A stretch of 63,034 nucleotides of DNA, the filler included, from Octopus bimaculoides (Eukaryota), in assembly GCF_001194135.2 (NCBI RefSeq). It is 3 parts of 3 records of this genome, joined end to end, with 100 filler letters (N's around TTAATTAATTAA, not from the genome) between each part and the next. Parts side by side here need not be neighbours in the genome. Positions count along the whole stretch, not along the records: positions 1 to 29,195 come from NC_068987.1; 2 more parts are not named here. One strand, written 5' to 3'. The notes under the pieces are model-generated. The model did no database searches, was not told the origin of the DNA, and saw only the letters and a program-made list of their open reading frames with translations. Both the position numbers and the translations under genes were made by a program. Shown here one piece after another: positions 1 through 10,498 of the stretch (the stretch's first letter is position 1; the number at the start of each line of letters is the position of its first letter).

Positions 1-1597
1 GAATTCATAAGCAAAACAGTACCTACAACCTGCAAACATTTCTCAAACTTAATGCGCTACCCAAAGGTAGGGGAGAGGATGGCCAAGGCCACTAGATGGG
101 TTCCGGGAGACAGCCGAGGATGACAGGATGACAGAGGAATGAACTTCCGGTGGTGGGGGTGGGAGGGCGGATTACCGTCAGCGAGTAGATAGGGCTCTTA
201 ATTGTAGATTTTAAATATTTGNNNNNNNNNNAGGCGGATAGTTTTAGTATGAAGTGATATAGAGTGTGATGTGCTGAAAAAAGAAAGAAAGAGAGAACAG
301 TACTTGAAGCAGAGATAGCAGAGGTGAATATATGCCATATTGTATCCGATAGTATTTTGCTTCTGTTTTCTTGAAGAATGCCCGAATTAAGTATCTCAGC
401 CTTTGCTGTAGCAACTATTTCTGGATTATTCCCACAAGGATTACTTTACACGGATATTTACTACTGGTATGAAACTACACTTCAAGTACTGTTCTCTCTG
501 TTCTCTCATATAACAAATCTGAAAATTCAGAAAAAATTGTATTACACGTGTATAAGGGATGACCACTAGGTGGACATCCAATATGCTAGGAAGAGGTAAT
601 CAACGACCCAACCACAAAGAAAAATAATGTTCTCCAGAAAAATTTCGCAAAACGCCAGAACAGGACAAAATGAGAAATATACAGAATAAAGCATTATCTA
701 TGGCCTGCTGCAGTTTCGAACATTAACGTTTTACTTTCATNNNNNNNNNNNNNNNNNNNNNNNNNNNNNNNNNNNNNNNNNNNNNNNNNNNNNNNNNNNN
801 NNNNNNNNNNNNNNNNNNNNNNNNNNNNNNNNNNNNNNNNNNNNNNNNNNNNNNNNNNNNNNNNNNNNNNNNNNNNNNNNNNNNNNNNNNNNNNNNNNNN
901 NNNNNNNNNNNNNNNNNNNNNNNNNNNNNNNNNNNNNNNNNNNNNNNNNNNNNNNNNNNNNNNNNNNNNNNNNNNNNNNNNNNNNNNNNNNNNNNNNNNN
1001 NNNNNNNNNNNNNNNNNNNNNNNNNNNNNNNNNNNNNNNNNNNNNNNNNNNNNNNNNNNNNNNNNNNNNNNNNNNNNNNNNNNNNNNNNNNNNNNNNNNN
1101 NNNNNNNNNNNNNNNNNNNNNNNNNNNNNNNNNNNNNNNNNNNNNNNNNNNNNNNNNNNNNNNNNNNNNNNNNNNNNNNNNNNNNNNNNNNNNNNNNNNN
1201 NNNNNNNNNNNNNNNNNNNNNNNNNNNNNNNNNNNNNNNNNNNNNNNNNNNNNNNNNNNNNNNNNNNNNNNNNNNNNNNNNNNNNNNNNNNNNNNNNNNN
1301 NNNNNNNNNNNNNNNNNNNNNNNNNNNNNNNNNNNNNNNNNNNNNNNNNNNNNNNNNNNNNNNNNNNNNNNNNNNNNNNNNNNNNNNNNNNNNNNNNNNN
1401 NNNNNNNNNNNNNNNNNNNNNNNNNNNNNNNNNNNNNNNNNNNNNNNNNNNNNNNNNNNNNNNNNNNNNNNNNNNNNNNNNNNNNNNNNNNNNNNNNNNN
1501 NNNNNNNNNNNNNNNNNNNNNNNNNNNNNNNNNNNNNNNNNNNNNNNNNNNNNNNNNNNNNNNNNNNNNNNNNNNNNNNNNNNNNNNNNNNNNNNNN

Positions 1598-1716
1598 TAT
1601 GTATGTATGTATGTATGTATGTATGTATGTATGTATGTATGTATGTATGTATGTATGTATGTATGTATGTATGTATGTATGTATGTATGTATGTATGTAT
1701 GTATGTATGTATGTAT
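1598..1716. repeat. (TATG)n microsatellite abutting an N gap
   Basis: Direct reading of the sequence. Confidence 0.98.
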
Positions 1717-1744
1717 TTTTCGTTATAACTTATCATAAGTAAAA

Positions 1745-3588
1745 TTACCATTCCTGGTTCAACAACTGCAGGAGTAATGCCTAGCTAAAGATAAACCCCT
1801 ATACTTAGCTTTTGTGGACTTGGAGAAAGCCTTTGACAGACTCCCCCAATCCCTTATCTGGTGGGCAATGCGGAAACTGGAGATTGATGAATGGTTTAAT
1901 AAGGGCTGTACAGGCCCTGTACATAGAGACCGTTAGTAAGGTTAGGATTGGCAATGAGTTTTGTGAAGAATTCCGGGTAGAAGTAGGGGTCCACCAAGGT
2001 TCATCCCTCAGTCCCCTTTTATTCATCATAGTCCTCCTGGCAATAACAGAGGAATTCAAGATGGGTTGCCCCTAGGAGCACCTCTATGTTGATGACCTGG
2101 CCCTTATAGCAGAATCACTACCAGAACTAGAAAGAAATTTTGGGTGTGGAAGCTAGGTTTAGAATCAAAAGGCCTTAGAGTCAATGTAGCAAAGACCAAA
2201 GTTCTAGTAAGTAGGAAGGCGAACTCATCACACACACCCTCAGGTAGGTGGCCCTGTTCGATCTGTAGAATAGGTGTAGGTAGAAACTTCATAAGATGTA
2301 CCCAGTGTAAGCTATGGACACATAAGAGGTGCAGCAACATCAAAGGAAGATTAACCGGGAAGATAGTTTTTGTGTGCGGCAGATGCACAAGGGCAATAGA
2401 CACTACAGATGCTCAGAAAACAGATTCCATCACACTCCAGATGCTCAGAAAACAGATTCCATCACACTCCAGATGCTCAGAAAACAGATTCCATCACACT
2501 CCAGGGGGAGAAACTAGAAGTAGTTGATAGTTTCCACTACCTAGGTGACCAAGTTATTAGTGGGCGTGGATGCTCAGAGTGTTACCACTAGAATAAGAAT
2601 TGCCTGGGCAAAGTTTAGAAAGCTTCTACCCCTACTAGTGACAAAAGGTCTCTCGCTCAGAGTGAAAGGTAGATTGTATACTGCATGTATGCGAACTGCA
2701 ATGCTTCACGTCAGTGAAACATCGGCTGTTACTGCGGAGGACATGCATAGGCTCAAAAGAAATGAAGCTAGCATGATCCACTGGATGTGTAATGTCAGTG
2801 TGCACACATGACAGAGTGTAAGCGCCCTGAGAGAAATGTTGGACATAAGAAGCATCGGTTGTGGCATGTAAGAGAGACATTTGCGCTGGTATGTATTACG
2901 GATAGATGAGCAGAGATGTGTGAAGAAGTGCCACTCCCAAACAGTTGAGGGATTCCGGGGTAGAGGTAGACCCAGGAAGACATGGGATGAGGTGGTCAAG
3001 CATGACCTTCAAATGATGGGCCTCACAGAGGCAATGACGAAAGACTGAGACCTCTGGAGATATGCTGTGACTGAGAAAACCTGACAAATAAAGTGAGTTC
3101 ACGGCTGTATCCTACACCAGCTTCACAAAACCAGCCCCAGCCCATTCAAAGTACTTTGGATTGTAGGACGACCTTCTGTGCTTACCTTGGATCGTAGAGT
3201 GACCTGCTGTGCTTGAGGAGACCTATTGAATCAAGTACATCGACATCAAAATAAAAATCAAATGGAAATTGTAGCTGTGATACCTGTGTCGGTGGCACAT
3301 AAAAAGCACCATCGAACGTGACCAATACCAGCGACGCCTTGACTGGCTTCTGTGCCGGTGGCATGTAAAAAGCACCAATTGATCGTGGCCATTGCCAGCC
3401 TCCCCTGGCCCATGTGCTGGTGGCATGTAAATAGCACCCAATACACTCCCGGAGTGGTTGGCATTAGGGAGGGCATGCAGCTGTATAAACACTGCCAGAT
3501 TAGACTGGATTCTGGTGCAGCCTCCTGGCTTCCCAGACCCCGGTCGAACCGTCCAACCCATGCTAGCATGGAAAACGGATGTTAAACA

Positions 3589-3625
<37 letters not shown>

Positions 3626-3633
3626 CGATGATG
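1745..3633 (+). mobile_element. 5'-truncated, degenerate RTE-clade LINE (RT with PHD insert, long 3' UTR, (GAT)n tail)
   Basis: Translations AFVDLEKAFD, GVHQGSSLSPLLF, LYVDDLAL, LRVNVAKTKV, FHYLG and RGRPRKTW with frameshifts. 3' palindrome CCATGCTAGCATGG (3558-3571) precedes the (GAT)n tail (3589-3633). Homologous to the copy at 23689-26410. Confidence 0.93.
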
Positions 3634-3770
3634 AATAATTGAAGTAAAGTTTGACTTATCTTAAGTTTTAGGTTATTATGAATAATAAATAATAATAACA
3701 GATAAAGTAATATTTAACTATTCAAAAATTTATTTATACACCAATTGAAGAGTATTATTATCTACACACA

Positions 3771-3808
<38 letters not shown>

Positions 3809-4129
3809 ACATATATACATATGTATACCCATATATACAGATTAAGATATCTATATATAATTATATATGCTTATCAAAAGCCCACACATATTACTTTATA
3901 CTCATATATACATATACATATGTACACATATATACATTTACATAGGCTCATTACATATAAGTATGGGTATATATTCAACTGAAAACGTATATATATAATA
4001 CAGGTATAATACAGTAATAATAAAACTATTATTAAAATAATTAAATTAAATAATATACAAAGATATTTATATAAAGGAATATATATAAGAATATAAGATG
4101 GAGAATTAAATATATGCAGAAAGTATATT

Positions 4130-4560
4130 AACAATGATGTGAGTGCATATCTTATGTTGACATATAGTTGAGGATTTATCAGAATAGTTAATGAAAATGG
4201 TTACATGGAAAATATCAAATACAAAAATTATCAAGTTTAGCAATTCCGTTCTGGAATATAGGATAACTGATATAAAAGATAGCAATGGTTAGGTAAAATA
4301 GTATTAGAAAATTAATCATTATGTGTACAAAAAGTTAATCAGTAGAAATTAATTGTTATCCTTTAATTGCCAGATAAATTTACTTAATCCTGTAGAATTA
4401 GATTTTTGTCTATACTTAAAAGTATGCAAGTGGAGGACGATGTGTTTTTTAATTGCATTCTCTATCGAACCTATATAAACATGTTTTTTATTTTGAATTA
4501 TAACTGTACATTGATATGTTGCATTTTTACTTCGACTATAATTGTAAAGGAATAAAATAG
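4130..4560 (-). mobile_element. Penelope-like GIY-YIG endonuclease remnant
   Basis: Nucleotide similarity of about 4350-4540 to 7125-7310, which encodes a clear GIY-YIG domain. Confidence 0.7.
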
Positions 4561-4690
4561 AATTAGGTATATATGTTGAATATTTATTAGTTAGGTAGAG
4601 GTCGTGGCGGGGGTTTTATTATTAATAGTGTAGCTATGTTATTAGAGGGGTATGTATAAGTTATCTGGTGAGAGAGAGAAAGAAATATTG

Positions 4691-4903
4691 TTTTCTACTC
4701 TAGGCACAAGGCCTGAAATTTTGGGGGAGGGGCCAATCGACTAGATCGACCCCAGTACGCAACTGGTACTTAATTTATCGACCCTGAAAGGATGAAAGGT
4801 AAAGTCAACCTCAGCGGAATTTGAACTCAGGATGTAAAGACAGACGAAATACTGCTAAGCATTTTGCCTGGTGTGATAACGTTTCTGCCAGCTCACCACC
4901 TTA
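4691..4903 (-). mobile_element. tRNA-derived SINE, family A
   Basis: Minus strand has an A-box-like GGTGAGCTGGCAGAA, a B-box GAGTTCAAATTCC and a CTTTCATCCTTTCAGGGTCGATAAATTAAGTACC central domain. Related copies at 47864-48078 and 48213-48326. Confidence 0.85.
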
Positions 4904-5239
4904 GAGATAAAGAAATATTACTATTGAAGTAAATAAAGTAGTTAAATTAAGATTTTGAAGATACTTATATTTCAACGTGAATATATGAAATGTTTTTCTT
5001 GTTTTGAGGATAGAATAAGGTATTTCAGGACAAAAAATTATAAATTATGGTCTATAATCATTTAAGAATGATATTAAGAAAAAGGAGATATAGTTATTTC
5101 TATTGAAGAGAACAGAAGAGTTAGTTAAAATTTGAAAGATACTGATATTACTGCATTAATATATAATATAAAGTATTTATTACATTCCAAAGATTGGATA
5201 GGTTATTTCTGGAAGAAAGAGTAAACAAAACTATTGTTA

Positions 5240-6786
5240 TCTAAATCTTATCTATTATAATAAACGTGAAGTTGTGTGTCTGTGTGAAGCCTTTTTAAAA
5301 GTTTATAAAAATTCACATTTTCCACTTTTTCGTAAAAATTTTAACATCAATGGAATTTTCTTGATGTGAACTTTCCATTGCAGTAATTAGATTTTTTAAA
5401 TTCCGTTTACTTTGTGTGATTTAAGGGAGATTTGGCTGTTGTTTCTAGCAACTTTTATATTTCTTCCCTTCTACCTGTAGCGGCGTTCATCGATCACGCG
5501 CTCAACATAAGATATAGAGAGTAAGAGTGAGAGAGGGAGAGAGAGAGAGAGAGAGAGAGAGAAAGTGATACATACAAAGTCTTCTTTCTTCTTCCTCTCT
5601 CCCATTTAATAGTTTTCTTGTATCCCTCTACCTCTAACATATTTTTCATAACATAGAAACGTAAAAACACACACAACCACACATNNNNNNNNNNNNNNNN
5701 NNNNNNNNNNNNNNNNNNNNNNNNNNNNNNNNNNNNNNNNNNNNNNNNNNNNNNNNNNNNNNNNNNNNNNNNNNNNNNNNNNNNNNNNNNNNNNNNNNNN
5801 NNNNNNNNNNNNNNNNNNNNNNNNNNNNNNNNNNNNNNNNNNNNNNNNNNNNNNNNNNNNNNNNNNNNNNNNNNNNNNNNNNNNNNNNNNNNNNNNNNNN
5901 NNNNNNNNNNNNNNNNNNNNNNNNNNNNNNNNNNNNNNNNNNNNNNNNNNNNNNNNNNNNNNNNNNNNNNNNNNNNNNNNNNNNNNNNNNNNNNNNNNNN
6001 NNNNNNNNNNNNNNNNNNNNNNNNNNNNNNNNNNNNNNNNNNNNNNNNNNNNNNNNNNNNNNNNNNNNNNNNNNNNNNNNNNNNNNNNNNNNNNNNNNNN
6101 NNNNNNNNNNNNNNNNNNNNNNNNNNNNNNNNNNNNNNNNNNNNNNNNNNNNNNNNNNNNNNNNNNNNNNNNNNNNNNNNNNNNNNNNNNNNNNNNNNNN
6201 NNNNNNNNNNNNNNNNNNNNNNNNNNNNNNNNNNNNNNNNNNNNNNNNNNNNNNNNNNNNNNNNNNNNNNNNNNNNNNNNNNNNNNNNNNNNNNNNNNNN
6301 NNNNNNNNNNNNNNNNNNNNNNNNNNNNNNNNNNNNNNNNNNNNNNNNNNNNNNNNNNNNNNNNNNNNNNNNNNNNNNNNNNNNNNNNNNNNNNNNNNNN
6401 NNNNNNNNNNNNNNNNNNNNNNNNNNNNNNNNNNNNNNNNNNNNNNNNNNNNNNNNNNNNNNTTGTTTCATCACAAATTGCCGTCATAGTTCCTGCTAAA
6501 AGAGATTACCCTGCTATGTATAATCAGGGCAGCGCAAAAAGTTGTTTTGCACAAGCATTTCTATAGCCAATTAGACGGATGAAATTTACGTACGCTTAAT
6601 AATGTTACGCAAAACAGCCTTCAGACTTTCCCTATTAATTTCATCGTCTTTTGAATTATGAACATATTTACATCATAAGGGTTTTTTCGTTGTAAGGCTT
6701 TCTTTTTTAGTTGATTTTCACCTAGCAAGACTTATTGTAGATGGTGTAATAAGTCACACCCGGACAACATCGGGTTATACTGCTAG
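5240..6786 (+). mobile_element. Probable non-autonomous Helitron (spans an N gap)
   Basis: 5' A|TC followed by tctattataataaacgtgaagttgtgtgtctgtg. 3' hairpin ACCCG-gacaacat-CGGGT (6758-6775), then CTAG (6783-6786) followed by T. The two ends are separated by a gap, so a single element is not proven. Confidence 0.55.
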
Positions 6787-6934
6787 TATGAGATATAAAA
6801 TATTTATAGTGTTGACTTGATAAAAGGTGTTCATAAGTAATTATATCACATTTAAGATAACATTCAATAATAGTAGTAGGGCTAGGGGTGAGGCGGAGTG
6901 TGAAACTATAGTAGCGAGAAAGATAATAAACTCA

Positions 6935-7440
6935 TTATTTAAATTTGGAAAATACATATTTTCCCGTGTGAACACAGGAAATACTCTTCTCATCTCTAAG
7001 GTTAAGTAGGGTATTTTTAGATGAAAGAATAAAGAATACCTCAGTTATACAAAGAAGGCATCTTTTTTTTATTGACTTTATAAGATGGTGCAGAAGCAAT
7101 TACATCCCATTTAAGATCGAAATTAATATCATTATCCTTTAACTGCCAGATAAATTTACTTAATCCTGTAGAATTAGATTTCTGTCTATACCTAAAAGTA
7201 TGCAGGTGGGTCGTGATGCGTTTTTTAATTGCATTCTCTGTCAAACCTATATAAATACATTTTTTACCTTGATTTATAACTGTACATTGATATGTTACAT
7301 TTTTACTTTTACATGAATTCTTAAATAAACAATTATTTTTTATCCTGCAATCACAATTATTATAAGTGTTATTATATGTTTGTGTATTAGATGAGGAAAT
7401 ATTGTTAGTTGTTTTTGTATTATTTTTTAAGTTAGCAACA
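6935..7440 (-). mobile_element. Penelope-like element, GIY-YIG endonuclease part
   Basis: NVTYQCTV..YIGLTENAIKKRITTH..TGLSKFIWQLK, then after a frameshift CLLCITE..LNLRDEKSISCVHTGK* (stop 6935-6937). Confidence 0.88.
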
Positions 7441-8421
7441 GCGTCAAAACAAGGGAAACAGAGAGAAGGGAGCTTCATTTGATCCAATGCTCTCAACAAG
7501 GACAGATGACAAGATGGGAAGAACATGTTGTTGAGAGAAAAATAAGTTGGAATGAGATATGGCGGTGGACTACATCTCGGCTGAGTTTTCTGATTCATTC
7601 ATCCTATGATGTCTTGCCATCGCCTACAAATCTAGTAAGATGGAATGTCTCAGAGAATGATATATGCAAATGTGGAAAGGTCAGAACAGTGAAACATATT
7701 CTTTCCAACTGTTCATTAGCATTGAATAGATATACATGGAGACACAACCTGGTCCTTAAGGTTATCTTCAATGCTGTAAAGAACCAAATTGCTCTCATCA
7801 ACAGTGGAAAAAAACTGATGAAAGAACCAACTAGAGATTTCATTACCTTTGTGCGTTCAGGACAGCAGATCCATTATAAGAAGAAGGAACTTCCTGTAAG
7901 TAATGAAAAGTGGAGCGACTATTGGCAGGTAGCTGTAGATTTACCAGGGTGCCAAGGATTCTTTCCCATCCCAGTTGTGAGAAAACCAGAAAGAAAATGT
8001 TGAATCTAGTCGAGTTAACAGTTCCTCATGAAGACAACGTGGATGCTGCTTGGGCTCAAAAGATTGACCCTTATGTAAACCTCCTTGAAGAATGTGAAGA
8101 TGAAGGCTGGAAAACAGAGCATTTTCCAAACAAAGTCAGATGTAAAGGATTCGTTGGACACAGTGTGAAGTGATTTTTGTTATCATTAGGGCTAATTCAT
8201 CATATAGTGAATACCACCATGAATGATATCCAAACCACAGTAGAAAAACCTGGCCACTGGATTTGATTAAAAAGAGACGATGATCGATGGCTAGAATATT
8301 GAGTTTTATTTGATAACCAGTTGAGCTAGCAAGCAGGGCCTCATATCGGTGAGTGGGGGCTGGTGCACAATGATACAGTCGAGAGGTAAGTCCTGAAACA
8401 GTGCACACTCTCTCCTGATGA
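7441..8421 (+). mobile_element. Hero-type (RLE endonuclease) non-LTR retrotransposon 3' fragment
   Basis: CKCG..HILSNC..RYTWRHNLVL zinc knuckle, then ELTVPHE..KIDPY..LEECEDEGW..CKGF restriction-like endonuclease. Ends at CTGATGA like the second copy. Confidence 0.85.
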
Positions 8422-8429
8422 CGTATTTT

Positions 8430-9110
8430 GGTAGTTATATTCATATTATTAATTAGTTATGTTCACATTATTAATACTATTATGTTTACAGTAGTCTATT
8501 TTATTTTCATATCCAGCGTTAAATAAAGCTATATTGTAGTGATGCTCATGTTTATTAGATATAACCTCATTGGAAGATAGGTATTTTATTCTTTTACTAA
8601 TATTGGAGATTAGTGCTTTTTTTAATCAGTCTAGGGTGATTGCTTTGGAAATTTATGTATCTTAAAGTGAAGTTGGGTTTCCTAAAACGTTCATGTAAAC
8701 CAGTTGCTAAATTAAAATTAACGTCCAGAAAGTTTATTAAGTTATCGCTCTCGATAGTAATAGAAAAACCATATCTTTTAAAGAATTTGTATAATCGTTT
8801 TTTAATTATTTCTAATCGTCTATTAGAAGAATTTTTAACTATGAAAAGAGCATCATCCCAGTACAATCCTCCCCTGATTTCAGGAAATTCTTCATGCATG
8901 TTTGATAGAAGATATCTACCAACGAGATCCGTCACTTGGGCGGAGTTGGCAGCACCCATTGTAATATCAAAACAATTGGGAGTATCTTTTCTGGTCCACA
9001 ATTTATTGTTGAAATTAATCATAGATCTACCGTCTATTAGTATTACATTGATTTCTTTCATAGTAAGATTAGTACGTTTTGTAGCGAAAATAAGTGCACT
9101 ATTTTATATA
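8430..9110 (-). mobile_element. Penelope-like element, RT part
   Basis: FDITMGAANSAQVTDLVGRYLL, GLYWDDAL, NFLDV, YINFQSNHP, then RIKYLSSNE..ALFNAGY thumb. Confidence 0.88.
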
Positions 9111-9223
9111 GTGGGGTTAATGGAAGAATAGTAGTTATCTATATCTATCTGTAGAAATTTATGCCTGTCTTTATTTTGAATTTTAGAGAACCTGCTAATT
9201 GCCTCTTAGAGAAGAAGCTAATT

Positions 9224-9313
<90 letters not shown>

Positions 9314-9385
9314 CTACATGTGCATATGTGTGTGTGTGTGTGTGTATACATATTATATATACACACACATGTATGCATGCACTCA

Positions 9386-9543
9386 AAAGGCTTCTTTCAG
9401 TTTCCTTCTACCAAATTCACTCATGAGGTTTTAATATCAGCCCTGGTACTATAAAAGAAAATATCTGTCCAAGGTGCTACACAGTGGGACTGAACCCAAA
9501 ACCATGTGGTTGAGAAGCAAACTTCTTAATGACACAACCATGG
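9386..9543 (-). mobile_element. tRNA-derived SINE family B, 5' part
   Basis: Similar to 37845-37995 (gggttcagtcccactg B-box region, gaaactgaaagaagcc); adjacent to a (TA)/(CA) array. Confidence 0.8.
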
Positions 9544-9562
9544 ATCATGCAGGAGAGGGAAA

Positions 9563-10281
9563 TAGGAAAATTTAAATCTATTCTTTCCAACTGTTCACTG
9601 GTGCTAGGCAGATATACTTGGAAACATAATTTGGTTCTCAAGGTTCTTTTTAATATTGTAAAGTACCAAATTGCATATATTTACAGTAGCAACAAACCAC
9701 AAAGGAGATCTGTCAGAGATTTTATCACCTTTGTTCGTTCAAGGCAGCAGATCTATTGGAAGAAGAAAAATAGTTTTTACCAAAGATGATAACTGGAATG
9801 GTTTTAGGAGGTGGCTGCAGATAGGTGTGAGGAAAGGAAAAGAGTTTACTCTTTTTCTTTCCTCATACCTATCTTGTTGAGCTAATGGTTATCCATGAAG
9901 ATAACATTGATACTGTTCAGACTCGGAATAAAGATTAGTATTAACATGTCCTTGAAGAATGTGAGGAAGGAAGATGGAATGTGGTACATTATCTAATCAA
10001 AGTTGACTGTAAGAGGATTTCTAGGTCACAGTATGAGGTGATGCTTATTGTTGCTGGGTCTAACTGATCATAAAACAAACACCATCATGAAATACATCCA
10101 AACCTTAGTTAAGAAGGCAAACCACTGGATTTAGCTAAAATGGGATGTGGGAAGAAAAATGTTGAGCTAAGAGAAGTAATCATTTGCTCTAGCAAGTGAG
10201 GCCCCATATCTATGGTGGGAATTGGTACATAATAAAGCTGTCAAGAGAAAGGCCTTGAAATTGCACATTCTTTCCTGATGA
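9563..10281 (+). mobile_element. Second Hero-type 3' fragment, more decayed
   Basis: SILSNCSLVLGRYTWKHNLVLKVLF and RDFITFVRS; colinear with 7695-8421. Confidence 0.82.
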
Positions 10282-10498
10282 TTCCATAAACCTGTAAGAA
10301 TTTGGTATGTGGTAGCCCTTGCATAGGCAAGTTATTTTCAAATAAACTATATATNNNNNNNNNNNNNNNNNNNNNNNNNNNNNNNNNNNNNNNNNNNNNN
10401 NNNNNNNNNNNNNNNNNNNNNNNNNNNNNNNNNNNNNNNNNNNNNNNNNNNNNNNNNNNNNNNNNNNNNNNNNNNNNNNNNNNNNNNNNNNNNNNNNN

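Noticed and set aside
378-569. 63-aa ORF as a host gene
   Set aside because: No recognisable motif, and it overlaps an inverted-repeat segment.
723-1751. Long ORF-track entries spanning N runs (also at 5.5, 44, 47, 49, 53.5, 54.5 and 56.8 kb)
   Set aside because: They are open only because N codons are not stops; the flanks are microsatellite translations.
2406-2501. CRISPR-like array (about 32-bp repeats)
   Set aside because: No spacers, eukaryotic LINE context and no cas genes.
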